Of a stretch of DNA of 64,000 bases, positions 41,046 through 56,167 are shown piece by piece. The notes beneath the pieces are model-generated. The model saw only the letters and a list, made by a program, of their open reading frames with translations. It was not told where the DNA came from and did no database searches. Made by a program: the position numbers and the translations under genes. Position 1 is the first letter of the stretch; every line of letters begins with the position of its first letter. This DNA comes from the human T2T-CHM13v2.0 reference genome, Homo sapiens, in assembly GCF_009914755.1 (NCBI RefSeq), contig NC_060927.1; one strand, given 5' to 3'.

Positions 41046-43933
41046 ATGGGATTATGGAAGGCATTTTAATATTTTTGAATCTGTATTACCTGTACTTAAC
41101 ACGTTACTTACTTACCAAAAGATTTACACACTTGCAAAGATATTATGACATTGATTATTATAATTAATATATCCTTTACTGGGTCTTTTTTACTCTTTGT
41201 GTTTGGAAAATAAGTTTCTAAGCAGGTAGATCCTAGTATACTGGGCTAGATTCACTCCCAAGCAGAAAACCAACTGTATGATGTGGACTAACAAAGTTCT
41301 TACCAGACCTCATTTCTAGAGGTCTTGTATCTTTTGTCTTTCTAGACTCTACTGGTTGATGACATTTTAAAAACAACGGTTTATATTTTCTGTTTCCCAC
41401 TGATTTACTTCATTTGCAACTTTTTTTCCCCAAACAATTCCATACTTTGCTTTGGCAAAGAAGCTGCACTTTCTGATATGCCTTAAGATTCCCAGGGCTG
41501 TTTCACATTCCCAAGGGGTTTGGCAGAGTCCTTACAGGAGGACTGCTCCTTTTCCTCTTCCTCCTCCTTATCTCCTTTTATCTTAAGGTTTACTATCTGG
41601 GGTCCTTTGGTGATGGCAAGGAGACAACTCATTCACCAATGTTTTGATATATGAAGTGACTATCTCTTTGCAGAACACAATTCATTTGCAAGAAAAAATT
41701 CATTGTTCTGAGCAAGCCTCATTTCTCTCTTCAGTGACCTCCTTTGTAAATCTCATCAGTATTTTCACCATTCTTTGCAAGTGTTCTTCATGATTCAATA
41801 TAAATTCTTATTGTTTCGCTCTTTCAGTAGTTCTCATGAAATCACATTCTTTAAGTACCGTGTCTAGTTCTCTTTCCACAATCTATTTTCTTCTTGTGTC
41901 CTGACTGACATGCTTACTTATCTCTCAGGCATATTTATTTGGAGGGCTCACTTCCACTTTGAATCACATATGACAAAAACACAATTCCCTTTCAATTTAA
42001 TTTCAGTGCAAAAGTACACAAAGAAAAAGCAGTAAAAGGCACATCTTCAGCACTTTACTGACTTTGCTACTATGTGAATAAACACTTATACATATGAGTT
42101 AAAAATATAAAATATGTATTGAAATGATTATATTAAAATGATTATATTGAAAACATGAGAGTATTAACATTGAGTTCATTTTATATGCAAAGGAAAATTT
42201 TAGATGCGTATTTTTGTGTTGTTTTTCAAAAATAAAATGTTCCAGTTATGATGTTTTTGGCATGCAAAATGAATCAAGAACCCTCTATCAACATGCAGTT
42301 AGAATTAACAGGTCCAAGTAGTGATAGACTTTTCCTAAGTGTTAAGTTTACTAAAATAATTAAACTATATTTTATAAGTCTAACTAGTATTTATAGTGCA
42401 GTAGGAGAACATTTAAAATAGAGACAAAATACTTGAATTCTAATTCATTTGCTTATTCAATACATTTGTTGTGGTTGATTGGCTTTTTAAAATTTTTTTG
42501 TTTTTAACTCAGTGTTCTCAGACACTATTTTAGTTACTAAAGATGCAAACTTCAACCTTCTTGCAAGATTCAACATCCTTGGCCTCAATTACTACTTTTT
42601 GATTCAAATTTATTGTATTTGTCTCCAATAAGATTCATATACAAGGTATCAGGCAAAGATTTGATATGTCAAGAACTTTGCAAGGTCTGATATTTTACTA
42701 GGATTTAACCTGACAAATTAGTTGGAAAGTTTCATAGATACTGTGAGAAGGTATGAGATTCTTAGGTTCAAGGAAAAACACTTTTCTATTTATGGCACAC
42801 CAGGCAGCATGAAGTTTATGTTTGCATTGTTTTCCCTTGACTCCATAGTCCGCAGGTCTTGATATAGGTGGATACTGCACCCTGGGTGTGTTTGTGTCAC
42901 AGTTGAGAAATCCAGAGAACATGACGTTCCCAATCTTCTAACCATGGCGCTAGCAAATTTAGCTGACCTTTCCCTGGAAGGAGACATTATCTTTATTATT
43001 CTGGTGTGGAAACACATCTGCCATTTCCCTCAGAGGGGATGCTATTTGCCATTTGCTATACAAATATCCTTGAAAACATAGTCCAGAACATAGACTGATA
43101 GAAGACTTGCAGAAGTAGATAAAAAGCATTGTTTTCATTATAAAGATACACTTCCTGTAGCCAACGAGCTCACAGTGTAGTGATGTGAAAGACGTAAAAA
43201 CGAATAGAAGCTCATGATCATGTGTTTTCCCACGTTTCATGTGACTTTAAATTTTGTACTTTCTGAAAATTAAGACAGTATTTCTGTATTCAAAACTACC
43301 TCTATCTTTATAGTTTCTTCCTTTGAGGTTATTTCTAGGTGTTTCTCTGCATTGTAGGAGTTTTAAAAGTTTTTAGATATATAATTTGTTTTATATTTAG
43401 AAAAGTCATAAAAATATGTATATAACTTGTGAATTTCAACTGGAAAATAAATTCATTCAGAGAATAGAAACAAAACCAGGAAGGGGGACAGCAGTTCTAT
43501 TTGTAAAACTTGTAATTAAAAATTAATGTCAGCATGTAGGTGAACTGTATATTCAAAAATACAGTAACCTAATGAGTCATTCTCTGATACATAATGAACA
43601 TTAGCAAAGATAATATAAGACCTTAAAAAGGCCTGTACATAACAAGTTAGAGAATATCTAGAAAACATATTGAATGGGGAGAGAGCTATGTATTTGTTAC
43701 ATTTTAATTAAATCTTTAATCAAAACAAAGATAAATGATCAGGTATGTGGCTTTCAAAATTTTTAAAGGCATGTGAAGGAGATTAGAATGTGACACCTGA
43801 AAATATGCTACTCTAGCAAATTGACTATTTTGAGTTAAAGCCATTTGAAAAACAGCAGATGTAAGAAGAGTACTCTGATCCTCTTTCTTTTAAAATAAGA
43901 AATACAATTTCCATATGAAAGCTTCCTTTTCTA

Positions 43934-44254
<321 letters not shown>

Positions 44255-44335
44255 TTAAAACTGAAAACTTTCTGTACAATCTTTTTTTCAAATAGTTGTC
44301 TTCATTGGTCTCCCCACATATTTTAGTTACATTCC

Positions 44336-44338
<3 letters not shown>

Positions 44339-44367
<29 letters not shown>
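44339..44367. repeat. (CA)n microsatellite
   Basis: Pure AC run. Confidence 0.95.
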
Positions 44368-44369
<2 letters not shown>

Positions 44370-44940
44370 TTACTTCACATTGGTCAACTTAGAATTTAAA
44401 AAAAAATAGTTCTTACTACTGCTTTGGGTGTTTACTTATTTACCAAGGCTCCCAGATTATCTAAAACTTTCATTAAATAAATTTGAATGGTTTCTGTCTG
44501 TGAATCTATCTTATACCAAGTTGATTCTCAGGCCCAGCTAGGGCTTAAGAGAGTAATTAGAAAGTTTTGCTTACTCTACACATGTGTTCTTTTATCTTTA
44601 GATTTAATAAGGGAGAAATAAAACAATAAAAATAATTTAGGTTTGCTTGTTTTTGTTCTTTTAATATTTACTTTGGCATAAATATTTGGCTAATGTACTT
44701 AACTTAGTATACCCAATAATACATAATGATCTTTCTTAGTACCAGTGAGATATATTATTTTTCTTAATATCTGATGCTACAATCTTATAACTTGAACTTA
44801 GGTGAAAAAAATGAAAGAAATATACTAATAAAGAAGATTGATGCATCAAAATATAAAAACTATTCCTGGTAGCCAGGAAGTGACTTCTAACCTTTCAGTA
44901 CTATAATATGTATGTGTGTATTTACACACATATTTGTTAT

Positions 44941-45243
44941 TTCTGTTGTTGTTTTGAAACAGAGTCTTACTCTGTCACCAAAGCTGCAGTGCAGTGGCGC
45001 AATCACAGCTCATTGCAGCCTCGACTTTCCAGGTTCATGTATACCTGCCACCTCAACCTCCTGAGTAGCTAGAACAACAGGCAGGCACACACCACCACAC
45101 ACAGCTAATTTTTTCTATTTTTTGTAGAGATGGAATTTTGCCGTGTTGCCCAGGCTGGTCTTAAACTCGCGGGCTGAAGGGATCTGCCTGTCTAGGCCTC
45201 CCAAAATGCTGGGATTACGGGTGTGAGACACTGCACTCAGACT
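44941..45243 (-). mobile_element. AluJ
   Basis: aatcacagctcattgcagcctcgac...gttgcccaggctggtcttaaactc. Confidence 0.88.
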
Positions 45244-45879
45244 CCAAGTATAATTTTTAAAACACTTTGATCTCATGTAACATAATAAAAAGATTCAAAT
45301 AGGTAACTTTGGGAAAAAGTCAGAAATATTTCTAAGCAATTACTTTCTAATAGGATTATAATTATTTGTGGCTGTTTATTTTGAAAAATTTCAAATATAA
45401 AGAATTTGAGAGAATAATGTAATGGGCTCCCATTTACTCATCAATGACACTAGCTTTATCTGTATACCTAATGACTTCCCTCCTGATTTACTTTATAATA
45501 AATACCACACATAATTTCATCTATATATATTTCATAAGCATAATTTTAATGTGTTCTTTTAATTGAAAAACTTTACAATTTTAAAAGTTAAAAAAAGGAA
45601 ACAGGATGAATGTAGTTAAGATTGTCCAAAATCAAGTATTCCTTAAAATTATATTATAAATATTAATCAGAAAATGCATCTGTGAACACATTGGATTTTT
45701 CATTACACTATAAGCAAATAAATACTTGCTAAGCCAACAGATATCACAGAATTTGAAAAGTATTTAAGGGAAAAAACATACAAACAATAGAATAGCTTGA
45801 ACTAGTGGTCTAGACTACCTACCCAATGGGACTTTTTGTTATATGCCATTTCATAATTAATCGAAATGGTATATAATTC

Positions 45880-46620
<741 letters not shown>

Positions 46621-46929
46621 TAGGACATTTTCCTAGGCTGATAATTCAACCTTCTGTGAAATGTAGTAGTCTTAGGAAGACCATTCCAAAAGACAAAGGG
46701 TTGCAACTGCTGAAAGTACTATTGCTTACACTCTGTAAAGCATGATTTTTCATTTAGATAAATTAATTTTATGCATCTAAAAAATATAGAACATAGTTTC
46801 CTTTTGTCAAGTACTCAATAAGGAGTTGGTTACTTCTGTGATAGCCCGTTAGCAGAACATAGCAAATAATTAAATGATGCCAGTTTTATAGATCAATGAT
46901 ATCAGATCTTCAAGTAGAAAATTTATTAT

Positions 46930-49115
46930 TTTGTGTGGTTTTATTTCTAGGCTTTCTATTCTTTTCCATTGATGAGTATGTCTATCTTCATGCCAGTGCT
47001 GTGCTGATTTAATTCCTATATCTTTGTTTTATATTTTGAAATCAGGAAGTATGCTGCCTCTATTTGCTGTCTTCTTTGGTTCCATGTAAAATTTAGAATT
47101 GTTTTTTCTATTTCTGTAAAAAAAAGTCAATAGAATTTTGATAAAAATTGCATGGAATCTATGGATGACTTTGGGCAGTATGGTTATTTTAACAATATTA
47201 AGTCTTCCAATCCATGAACATAAAATGTCTTTCCATTTTTTGTGTGTCTTCTGTAATTTTTTTCATCAATGTTTTGTAGTTTTCGGTGTAAAAGTCTTTC
47301 ACTTTTTTAGTTAAGTTTATTCCCAAGTATTTTATTCTTCTTAGTGCTATTATAAATAAAATTGTTTTCTTATTTTCCTTTTAATTATGCTCTATTATAA
47401 TACATATAACATCATGTCATCTGTAATCAGGGACAATTTTATTTTCTGCTTTCTGATTTGGATGACTTTTATGTCTTTTTCCTAATTCACAGATCAGAAT
47501 GTCCAATACCATGTTTAATAGAAGTGGAAAAGTGGACATCCTTGCCTTATTCCTGGTCTTACTGAAAAAGCTTTCAGTTTTTAACGGTAAAAACTGAAAC
47601 ATTTTTCACAAACTATGATGAACGTTAAGTATGTTAAATATAATGTTAGTTATGGGCTTTTCATATAAAGCCTTTATTATGTTGAGGTAATTTTTCATAT
47701 TCCTTATTTGTTGGGAGTTTTTGTCAAATGCTTAATTTTAATAAGCATTAAAATTATTAATGCTTGTTAATAATTTTAAATGCTTTTTCTGCATCTATTG
47801 AGGCAATCTGTTAATGCTGTATATCACATTTATACATTTGGTTATGTTGAACCACATTTGCATCTTAGGGATAAAACATGCCTGGACATTATTGCTGGAC
47901 ATTATGTAAGATCATTTTAATGTACAGATGAATTTGGTTGCTAGTACTTTGTTGGATTTTTGCATCTATGTTCATCAGGATTATTGGCCTGTAATTTTAT
48001 GTTCTTCTGGTGTCTTCATCTGGTTTTGGTATCAGGGTGGTCCTGGCCTCCTAAAATGAATGTGGAAATGTTTCTTTCTCTTCATGTTTTTGAAAAAAAT
48101 TGAGAGGGTATGACATTATTTCTTTTTTAAATGTTTGACAGAATTCACCAGTAAAGCCATCTGATCTTAGACTTTTACTTATTGGGATGTTTTTCATTAC
48201 TGATTCAATCTCCATACTCATTACAAGCCTCTTCAGACTTTCTATTTCTCCATGATTTAGCCTTTGTAGGTCGTTGAATTCTAGGAATTTTTTCATTTCC
48301 TCTAGATTTTCTAGTTTTTATTGTTAGATAATTATTCATATTTGTCTCTCAAGATCCTCTTTATTTCTGTGGCACTAACTGTGATGCCTCCTCTTTCATG
48401 TCTGATTTTATTCATTTGAGTCTTCTCTTTTAGTCTAGCTAAAGTTTTGTCAATTTTATTTATTTTAAAAATTGACTCTTAATTATGAGTTTTGTTGATT
48501 TTTCCTATTGTTTCTGTAGTCTCTATTTTATTTATTTATGCTCCCATCTTTATTATTTGATTCCCTCTGATATCTTTGCATTTAGTTTGTTCTCTTTTTC
48601 TACTTCCTTGAGATACAAAGTTAGGTTGTTTATTTGAAATATTTCTTCATTTTAGTATAGATATTTATTGCCAAAATTGTTATGCTTAGTACTGCTTTTG
48701 CTGCATCCCATAAGTTTTAACATATTGAGTTTTAATTTTTGTTTCTCAAAATATTTTATGATTTCCCTTTTGATTTCTTCTTTGCCACAGAGATTGTTCA
48801 AATATATGTTGTATAATTTTCACATATTTGTGAATTCTTCAGTTTTTCTTCTGCTGTTGGTTTTTAGTTTTATTCCATTGTGATTAGAAGACACTTGGTA
48901 TGTTTCAACCTTCTTACATTTGTTAAGACTTGTTTTGTAACTTAATATGTGATTTATCTTGGAGAATATATATTTCACCATTGTTGGCTTGAATGTTTTG
49001 AATAGGTCTGCTAGGTACCTGTAATCTATAGTTATTCAAGTCTACTGTTTTTTAGGTAATCTTCTGTCTCTTTGTTCTACCTATTATTGAAAGTGAGATA
49101 TTGAAGTCTACTATT
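46930..49115 (-). mobile_element. L1 (L1MA/MB-type) ORF2 segment, endonuclease-RT region
   Basis: Peptide RLNHGEIESLKR...EIESVMKNIP..KS...DGFTGEFCQTFKKE matches L1 ORF2 just upstream of RT. Confidence 0.9.
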
Positions 49116-49119
49116 ATTG

Positions 49120-49420
49120 CTATGTTAAGTCAAGCCAGTCACAGAAGGAAAAATACGTTATTACCCCACTTATATAAGTTACCTAAAATAGTCAAACTCA
49201 TAGATGCAAAGAATAGAATGGTGGTTACCAGGGGCTGGAGGAGGGACAAAGGGGTATTTACTAATCAATGGGTATAAAATTTCAATTACTCTAGCTGACT
49301 AAGTTATAAGAATCCTCTGTACAACATCATGCCTATAGATAACTATATTGTACTGCACAATTAAAATCTGTTAAGAGGCCAAATCTCATGTTAATTGTTT
49401 TTACATGATAAGATTAAAAC
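49120..49420 (+). mobile_element. L1MA/MB-type 3' end
   Basis: aagccagtcacagaagg...aaatagtcaaactcataga..agaatagaatggtggttaccaggggctgg. Confidence 0.85.
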
Positions 49421-51779
49421 ACATACACACACACCAAAAATAATATTGGCCATCTCTAGGTCACATTGAATCTTCTCAGTTGCCAGGTTTTGTCCAGCTT
49501 TGTGCTGGCCAAATTTGCAACATTACAATAACAATTTGTAGGTAATATGTTCCCTGTAATCATGACTATTTTTTATTAAGCACTTTTTACTGATACTCGG
49601 GGATATTATATTGCTTTTGATTCACCATTGTTAAATTACACTAAATTTGGCCTAAGCCTGCTTTTGTATTTTCATTGCCTGCCTATCAAACTGTAACCTA
49701 ACATAGTATGCAAACAAACTCCACGCTAACCAAGGAGCACATTCTTTGAACAACTAGCTGGGCCTAAGCCAATCACAGCAACCAAACTTCTGCCGATCAC
49801 AGGCTCCCAACTTATGAGACCATGTCCATATAAGGAAAGGGCCCAGCTGTAATCAATCAAGCTGTTTTTGTGTGTTTCTTTCTTTTTCTATCTATAAATA
49901 TGACCTGCTCACATTAGTGGGTCGAGCGCTCTGAACTTCAGCTGGTTCAAGCTTCTACCTAATTCATGAATCATTCTGGGATCACATAAACTCTGCTACA
50001 TTTATTTATCTAAAGTCTTGTAACAGTTTGGTGTGTCAGTATTTAGATCCAATGTAGACCTCCATCAACCCTAGGAGCATCAAGTGACCAAGCAAAGGTA
50101 ACCTCCAGGGATCATTGTGTCCATTAATCTCTTACAGCAATTAGGGTTATGGGTGAGTTCTCTCTCATATTAGAGCTTCCCAATTTTGTGTGTTAGGCTC
50201 TCCAGCTTTTCACGACTGAGTCTACTTAATTATCAGATCCAATCTGGATGTTTTCATCAATTAGTAAGTTTTGTAGTATTGTACTGGACACATGTTTTTT
50301 TAATATGTCTGTCTATGTCTGAATGTGTGGTGTTTATGTGTGATTTCAAAAATCTTATTATATTGTCAAGTTACATTGTTAAAGAGCTTTATTTAATTGG
50401 CTTTAAAAATAGATACACTAATTGTTCTTTCAGAAAAATAATTACTAACCCAAATTCTTTTTAAGTTCACATGACTTAGGTGATCTTTGATCAATAAAAA
50501 TATTGTTGGTGTAATGCAAGCAGGCATGTCATCAGAGTTGTCAGCATTAAGTATGATGCAGACCAATAAGTTGTATCTTTATTAGATGTTTAAAATAATA
50601 AAACTATAATTTCAAGTTAAGAACAAATGGGCAAGCTGAAGTATAATATCCATTATTTCATATATATCAAGGACAGCAACTAAACATGAAAAAAATCTTG
50701 TTTCTAGCTCTTTAGGTTCATTACTTTTGTGATGACTATATAAGATGCATATGCAGTAAAAGTAATTAGCAAGGAAATAACTTGGGTGCCATGCTTTGTT
50801 TTGGGTTATGACACGTGTACTTAAAAATAGCCTTACAAATCTCTTTGGAAACTTACACCATTGGAGGTCTACTAAGTTAAATTAAATGATAGATATTCAT
50901 TAAGCATCTAGATTATTTACAAATATAATGCCAAAACATTAATTGCTGAACAGGTTTATGTTTCTGTACTTCTGCCATATTGTTTTTAATATGGTATAGA
51001 GAAACTGAATATATTTGGGATTGTTAATAAACATGAGAACTTACACTTTGAGGAAACACATAATTCCAGAAATTATAAAAGTTCATTAATCTACAAAATC
51101 CTGATTCATAATTGCTAAGAATTAAGATTCTAATTAATATATAGTAATTAAAACTAGAAATAAAAAAGGAAACAACTTCTTAGATGAGAAACAGAAGACA
51201 TGATTTTGGTAAGTGAAGCTTAAATCAAATATGTGTTTTTTAAGGGAAAAATAGTAATTTTTATCCTAGAGTATAATAGTTATTTCAAAATGAGAAAAAG
51301 CAAAAATATAAGACAGATAACCAAAAGGATAAAAGAAGATTATGGAAGTTTATGAAAGATGAATATTGTAAAAGAAACTTTATATGTGATCAACTTTAGA
51401 AGGGAATTATTAGTAAGTGTTTCTAAAACTTTAAGATTAACATCAAAAGTACACTCATGTAAAACTAGAATTTGGTCCTCTCTGTTAACAAAAAAGATTT
51501 TCTTAGGGTATTGAACTGCTCTTAATATGAAATTGTGGAAGGTTTTCCTTTACCTTTTGAGAAACTGGCCTAGGAAACAAAGATTTAGTATTTTACCAAG
51601 ATATCTTGCACTTAATGTTGTCATTATTTGATTTTTTATCATTTAAGAAAAAACAAGTCTTCTCTATTAAAAAGTTAATTTTTTTTTTCCTAAAACTATG
51701 TTACTTACTGTATTTGCCTTTGAATTTTTTGGATTATCACTCTGGTTAAATACATAATTATTTTGTGAGAAAATAAGCT

Positions 51780-52340
51780 TGCTTATGGAATATTCCTGGA
51801 GAAAACTCCAGTGATAGAGGTGCTCATTTTACTGAACGAGCTGCAAAATAGTCAAGTATTTCAAACACAATCGCATCCAGGAATCTAACTGAATAAATTG
51901 GATTGGCCAAAGGTATTATCACTTGATGGCAATCAGATCCAATCCCACTGGGGAACACTAATTGACCCCTTACAAATAGTCATTGGAAGGCCTATGCCCC
52001 TAATAATAGAACTTCATGTATCTCACATTCATGAATTGTGACATGACTCAATATTGCCAGGCTTTAAAGCATGTTGCCCAGTTATATTTTCACCAGGTAA
52101 AAGCCCTTCATGACCCAACAACAATCTAACCATGTACAACCTAGAACCTGAAGATTGGGTCTTTGGAAATTATACCACAAAAAGACTGCTTTCGAAGTTT
52201 GTTGGAAGAGACCATACCAAGTTCTACCCACATGGCAGTATAACTTAAGGGTCTCGAGGCTTAGATCCACTTTTCTCAATCTAACAGAACCCCTTCAGAA
52301 TCTTGGGACTGTAAACCCACTGAAGACCCCAAGGTAAAAC
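51780..52340 (+). pseudogene. ERV integrase remnant
   Basis: WNIPGENSSDRGAHFT (catalytic D region) and KKTAFEVCWKRPYQVL (GPY/F-like motif), broken by stops and frameshifts. Confidence 0.75.
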
Positions 52341-52429
52341 TAACAAGAGTGGTTTTTCCTCAAAACCAGGTAACAGCCTAGACAGCTTTCCTAAGATTAC
52401 AGATCAAGAATTCTGTCCTCTGCCATCAT

Positions 52430-53650
52430 AAAATCTCTTTCCCCTGTCTTCTTTGCCTGTTTCTTTTCCGTTTATGTATGGCAAGATAATTAAGATTTCC
52501 TAATCAATAGCTTCCACAGGAAATGTAACTGAATGTTAGCTATATCATGATAAACTTAAATCCTTACATGCTATTAGAGATTATTTGGTTTATCCTGTAA
52601 CAAATTTTACTGATATTCCAAGTGGAATGCGTGTTTTCTTCTATAGGATTACACTTTCTATAGATTACACTTTTAGTTTCAGGCATTCAGATGCAGTAGG
52701 AAAAACGTATAATGAGGGTTTTACAGTTAAATTATGCCAGAAATTAAAAAAGAAAGCAAAAAAAAAAAAAAAAAAAGAGGATAATTGAAAATTTAGAGGC
52801 AAATGTATCACCTTATTCCTTTAATGGTCAGTAGCCTCCAACCAGGTAATCATATAATAATGGCGCCTCAGATAAATATTACTAGTGCTTCCCTGCTTGT
52901 GACCCCTAATGCACAAGGCATCTCCCAGGGACCTGTCTGTTGTGCCCCACTAGGATATACTTTATCTCTACAGGATTTAATGCTCAACGTGTTGGCAACT
53001 TCATGTACCCATAAGTGGAAAATTAGAGGCCAACGTGGATTAGAAATTCTAATAGTACCACTGTCACGCCAAAGCAAATTGGAAACTGAACACCTCTTAA
53101 TTTGCACTATGGAATAAAAAGGAATTTGCCAGCAGGCATAAATTCCTGCAAATGGGCATATTTTGGGAGAATGCTCCTTCTCTGGCTAAATGTAAATAAG
53201 ATTAGGATTAAAGATCTGTTTCAAACATTAGGTAATATACTGACTCCACTGCAAAAGCTACAGTTGCCCAGCAAACTTCTTTTGCTAAAATTGTTTTAGA
53301 TCAAACAATTGCTTTAACCTGCCTGTTGGCTGAAGAGGAGGTGTGTGCCATAGCTAACACCTCCTACTGCACTTGGATAAATATGCCTGCTATGGTTAAA
53401 ACTCAACAAGATACCTGGCTAAAACAAGTAGATTCCTCTTTTGGCTCATTTTTTATCTATTTGATTTTCATCAGTTTGGTTTACAGGAGCTCCTTCTAAA
53501 GAGTATACTTTAGTCTCCTAGTATTATTCGCCTAATAGCTATCATAATAGTGTACCTGGAATTTCATATCTTCTCAAGAGTCTTGAAAGTTCATATGCAG
53601 CCATCCCTTATACATCAAATTGTCTCACTATGGTTAGAAAAGTGAAACTG
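52430..53650 (+). pseudogene. ERV env remnant (SU and TM)
   Basis: VCCAPLGY (SU); IKR/NLPAGI cleavage and fusion-like region; KIVLDQTIALTCLLAEEEVCAIANTSYCTWIN resembles the ISD plus CX6CC; frameshifted. Confidence 0.8.
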
Positions 53651-54564
53651 TGAAGAGAACGTAAAGAAACATTCAGCTGACTTATCAAGAATTGTGACTT
53701 CCATACTGAGACAAAGAAGTCAATTATGATGGTAACAGAGAGTGCTATCAATGCCCAGGATTTTGGTCATCCTTTCAATTTTGAAAGGGAAATGTTAAAT
53801 TAAACTAAATTTAGTCTGAGGCTTCCTTGGTACTTTGTGTTCCTACATAACAAATTGCAACCTGAATTAGTATGTAAACAAACTGCAACCTAACTTAAGA
53901 ATATATTTCTGTATCTGTATCTTCAGCCCATGGCAGACATCCAGCTGATCACACTGTGTCCACATAAGGCAAATGCTGAGCTGTAATCCATCAAGCTGTT
54001 TCCGTAAGTCATTTTCTTGTTCTGTCTGCAAATACTGCCTGACCACATTGCTTGATGTGGTTTTGTGAAACTCTTTTGGTCCGGGGTGCTGTTTGATTCG
54101 GGACTCATTTGTGCTGGAATAAACTCTGCTAACTTTAATTTGTCTAAATTTTTTAAAACACCATACACAGCTCTTGGTTTCACGTAATCCAGAAATTCCT
54201 AGTTTAACATATCCAAATAAAGCTCATCTCAGTTGTAAGGAAAGGGTTTCCGATTAATTTACAGTAACCATGCCAATTTTATTTTTTGTTATTGTGATAA
54301 CCATACTAAGTTTCTCTCAAGAACGCATCTTAAATATACAAAAATTTCAAAAGAAACATAATGCAAGATTGCAATAATGCTTTCCTTAATATCTGGGTTA
54401 AAAAAATATGTCATGACGAAATTTTTGGCCACATTTATCTTAAACACTAGGATTTTTAATTTAATTGAAAACTGTGTTACTTAAGAATTTCCCTACCATT
54501 AACTTTCAAAATCAGTGATCGCTGGGGAGTAGGAGAATCAGATTTCCAGAGTTACTACATTAAA

Positions 54565-55245
54565 ACCTCTTCAACAAATAATGCTCGGCAAACTAGATAT
54601 ACACATGCAAAAGAATGAAGTTGGACCCTTACATTGTACCTATAAAAGTAGCAACTAAAGAGAACAATAGACCTAAACTTAAGAGTTAACACTATAAAAC
54701 TCTTAGAAGAAAATATGGGGAAAAGCTTCACTGCATTGAGTTCGGCAATGTTTTCTTGGATGTGACACCAAAAACACATAGAAAAGCAAAAATAATAAAT
54801 CGGATTTAAATTAAAAAATTCATGTGCATCAAAAGATGTTATCAATGCAGTAAAAACCTATCCTAGAGAATGGCAGAATATATCTTGCATATATCTGATA
54901 AAGGATTGATATCCAGGATGTATAAAGAACTCCTACAACTAAACAACAAACAACCCAATTTAAAAAGATGGGCAAAGAATTTGAATAAACATTTCTCCAA
55001 AGAAGATATACAAATGGCCAATAAGCACATAAAAGATGCCCAACATATTAGTTATTAGGGACACACAGATCAATATTATAATATTACTTTATACCTACAA
55101 CAGTGGTTATTAAAAAAAGAATACAATAAGTGTTAGCAAAGATGTAGGGAACTGAAAACCTTGTGTATTGCTAGTGGGAACGTGAAATATTGCAGCCTCT
55201 GTGAAAAACAGTTCAGCAGTTCCTCAAAAATTAAATTAAATGATT
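54565..55245 (+). mobile_element. L1 (L1MA/MB-type) ORF2 C-terminal fragment
   Basis: Peptide [21 protein letters not shown]...[20 protein letters not shown]. Confidence 0.9.
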
Positions 55246-56119
55246 ACCTTTTAAAGGTAGTGCTTAACAACATGATGAAGCCTCAGAGTCCTATGCCACA
55301 GTAATAATTATAGCCAAAGATTTTAAGTTATTAAGTATATTTGATAATAGCTGGTAATATTACGTATGTTAAAGTAGTGAAAAAATTCCACATAAAATAT
55401 TATTTTTGAGCCAGTTCACATCAGTATCTTGGGAATATGAACCTAAAATCTATATATTTGCCTTATAATTGATGTAAGAACAATAAAAGATGATATGCAG
55501 CAGAGATTTCTCAAATGATCCAAGAGTATTAGAAGTGCAATCTTCACATAAATATAAAAATAAATCCTGAAAAGTGATGTTATTCAAACATAATTATTTC
55601 CTGCCTTACAGTTGAGCTTATATTTTAAAAATTCCTAGAAAATTATAATTTTAAGCATGAATGGCTTGATTTTTCTCATTATATTTTTTCAATATGATAT
55701 ATTCACAAGATAATCAGCTCATATACAGAAATGTCTTTCTAATAATACTTTTCACCACTTCAATTATCCACTATTCAGTCTATTGTCACTAAGATGAATT
55801 ATTCTAAATTTTACTTTTTAAAATATATTTGAGGTATGAATATTACCTATCAGACATACAATACAAATCTATGATAATACTAACCTGGAAATCTTAATTA
55901 CTACAGAATTTATTTATTATACCAGAAGAGTTTTTATGTCTTTCTCTGTATGTCACCTTAAGCTTACAAAAGCAGAATAAATAGTAATAGACTTCAATTT
56001 TAACAATCAAATGAATATCACTTGATTTTAATTTTATACAGTCACAAAGTTTCTTGGCTTTTAAATTTTCTTTAAAGAAAAGTTTTATAAAATTTGATAT
56101 TGAGTTTTTAGGTATAGAA

Positions 56120-56132
56120 TCATCTATCTATC

Positions 56133-56167
<35 letters not shown>

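Larger units (their letters stand above)
49629..54160 (+). mobile_element. Decayed MER57-family ERV1 provirus with two LTRs
   Basis: LTRs 49629-50025 and 53793-54160 both begin tgttaaatta.actaaattt; TSD CCAT on both sides; PBS-like tttggtgt after the 5' LTR; purine tract gaaagggaaa before the 3' LTR. Confidence 0.88.
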
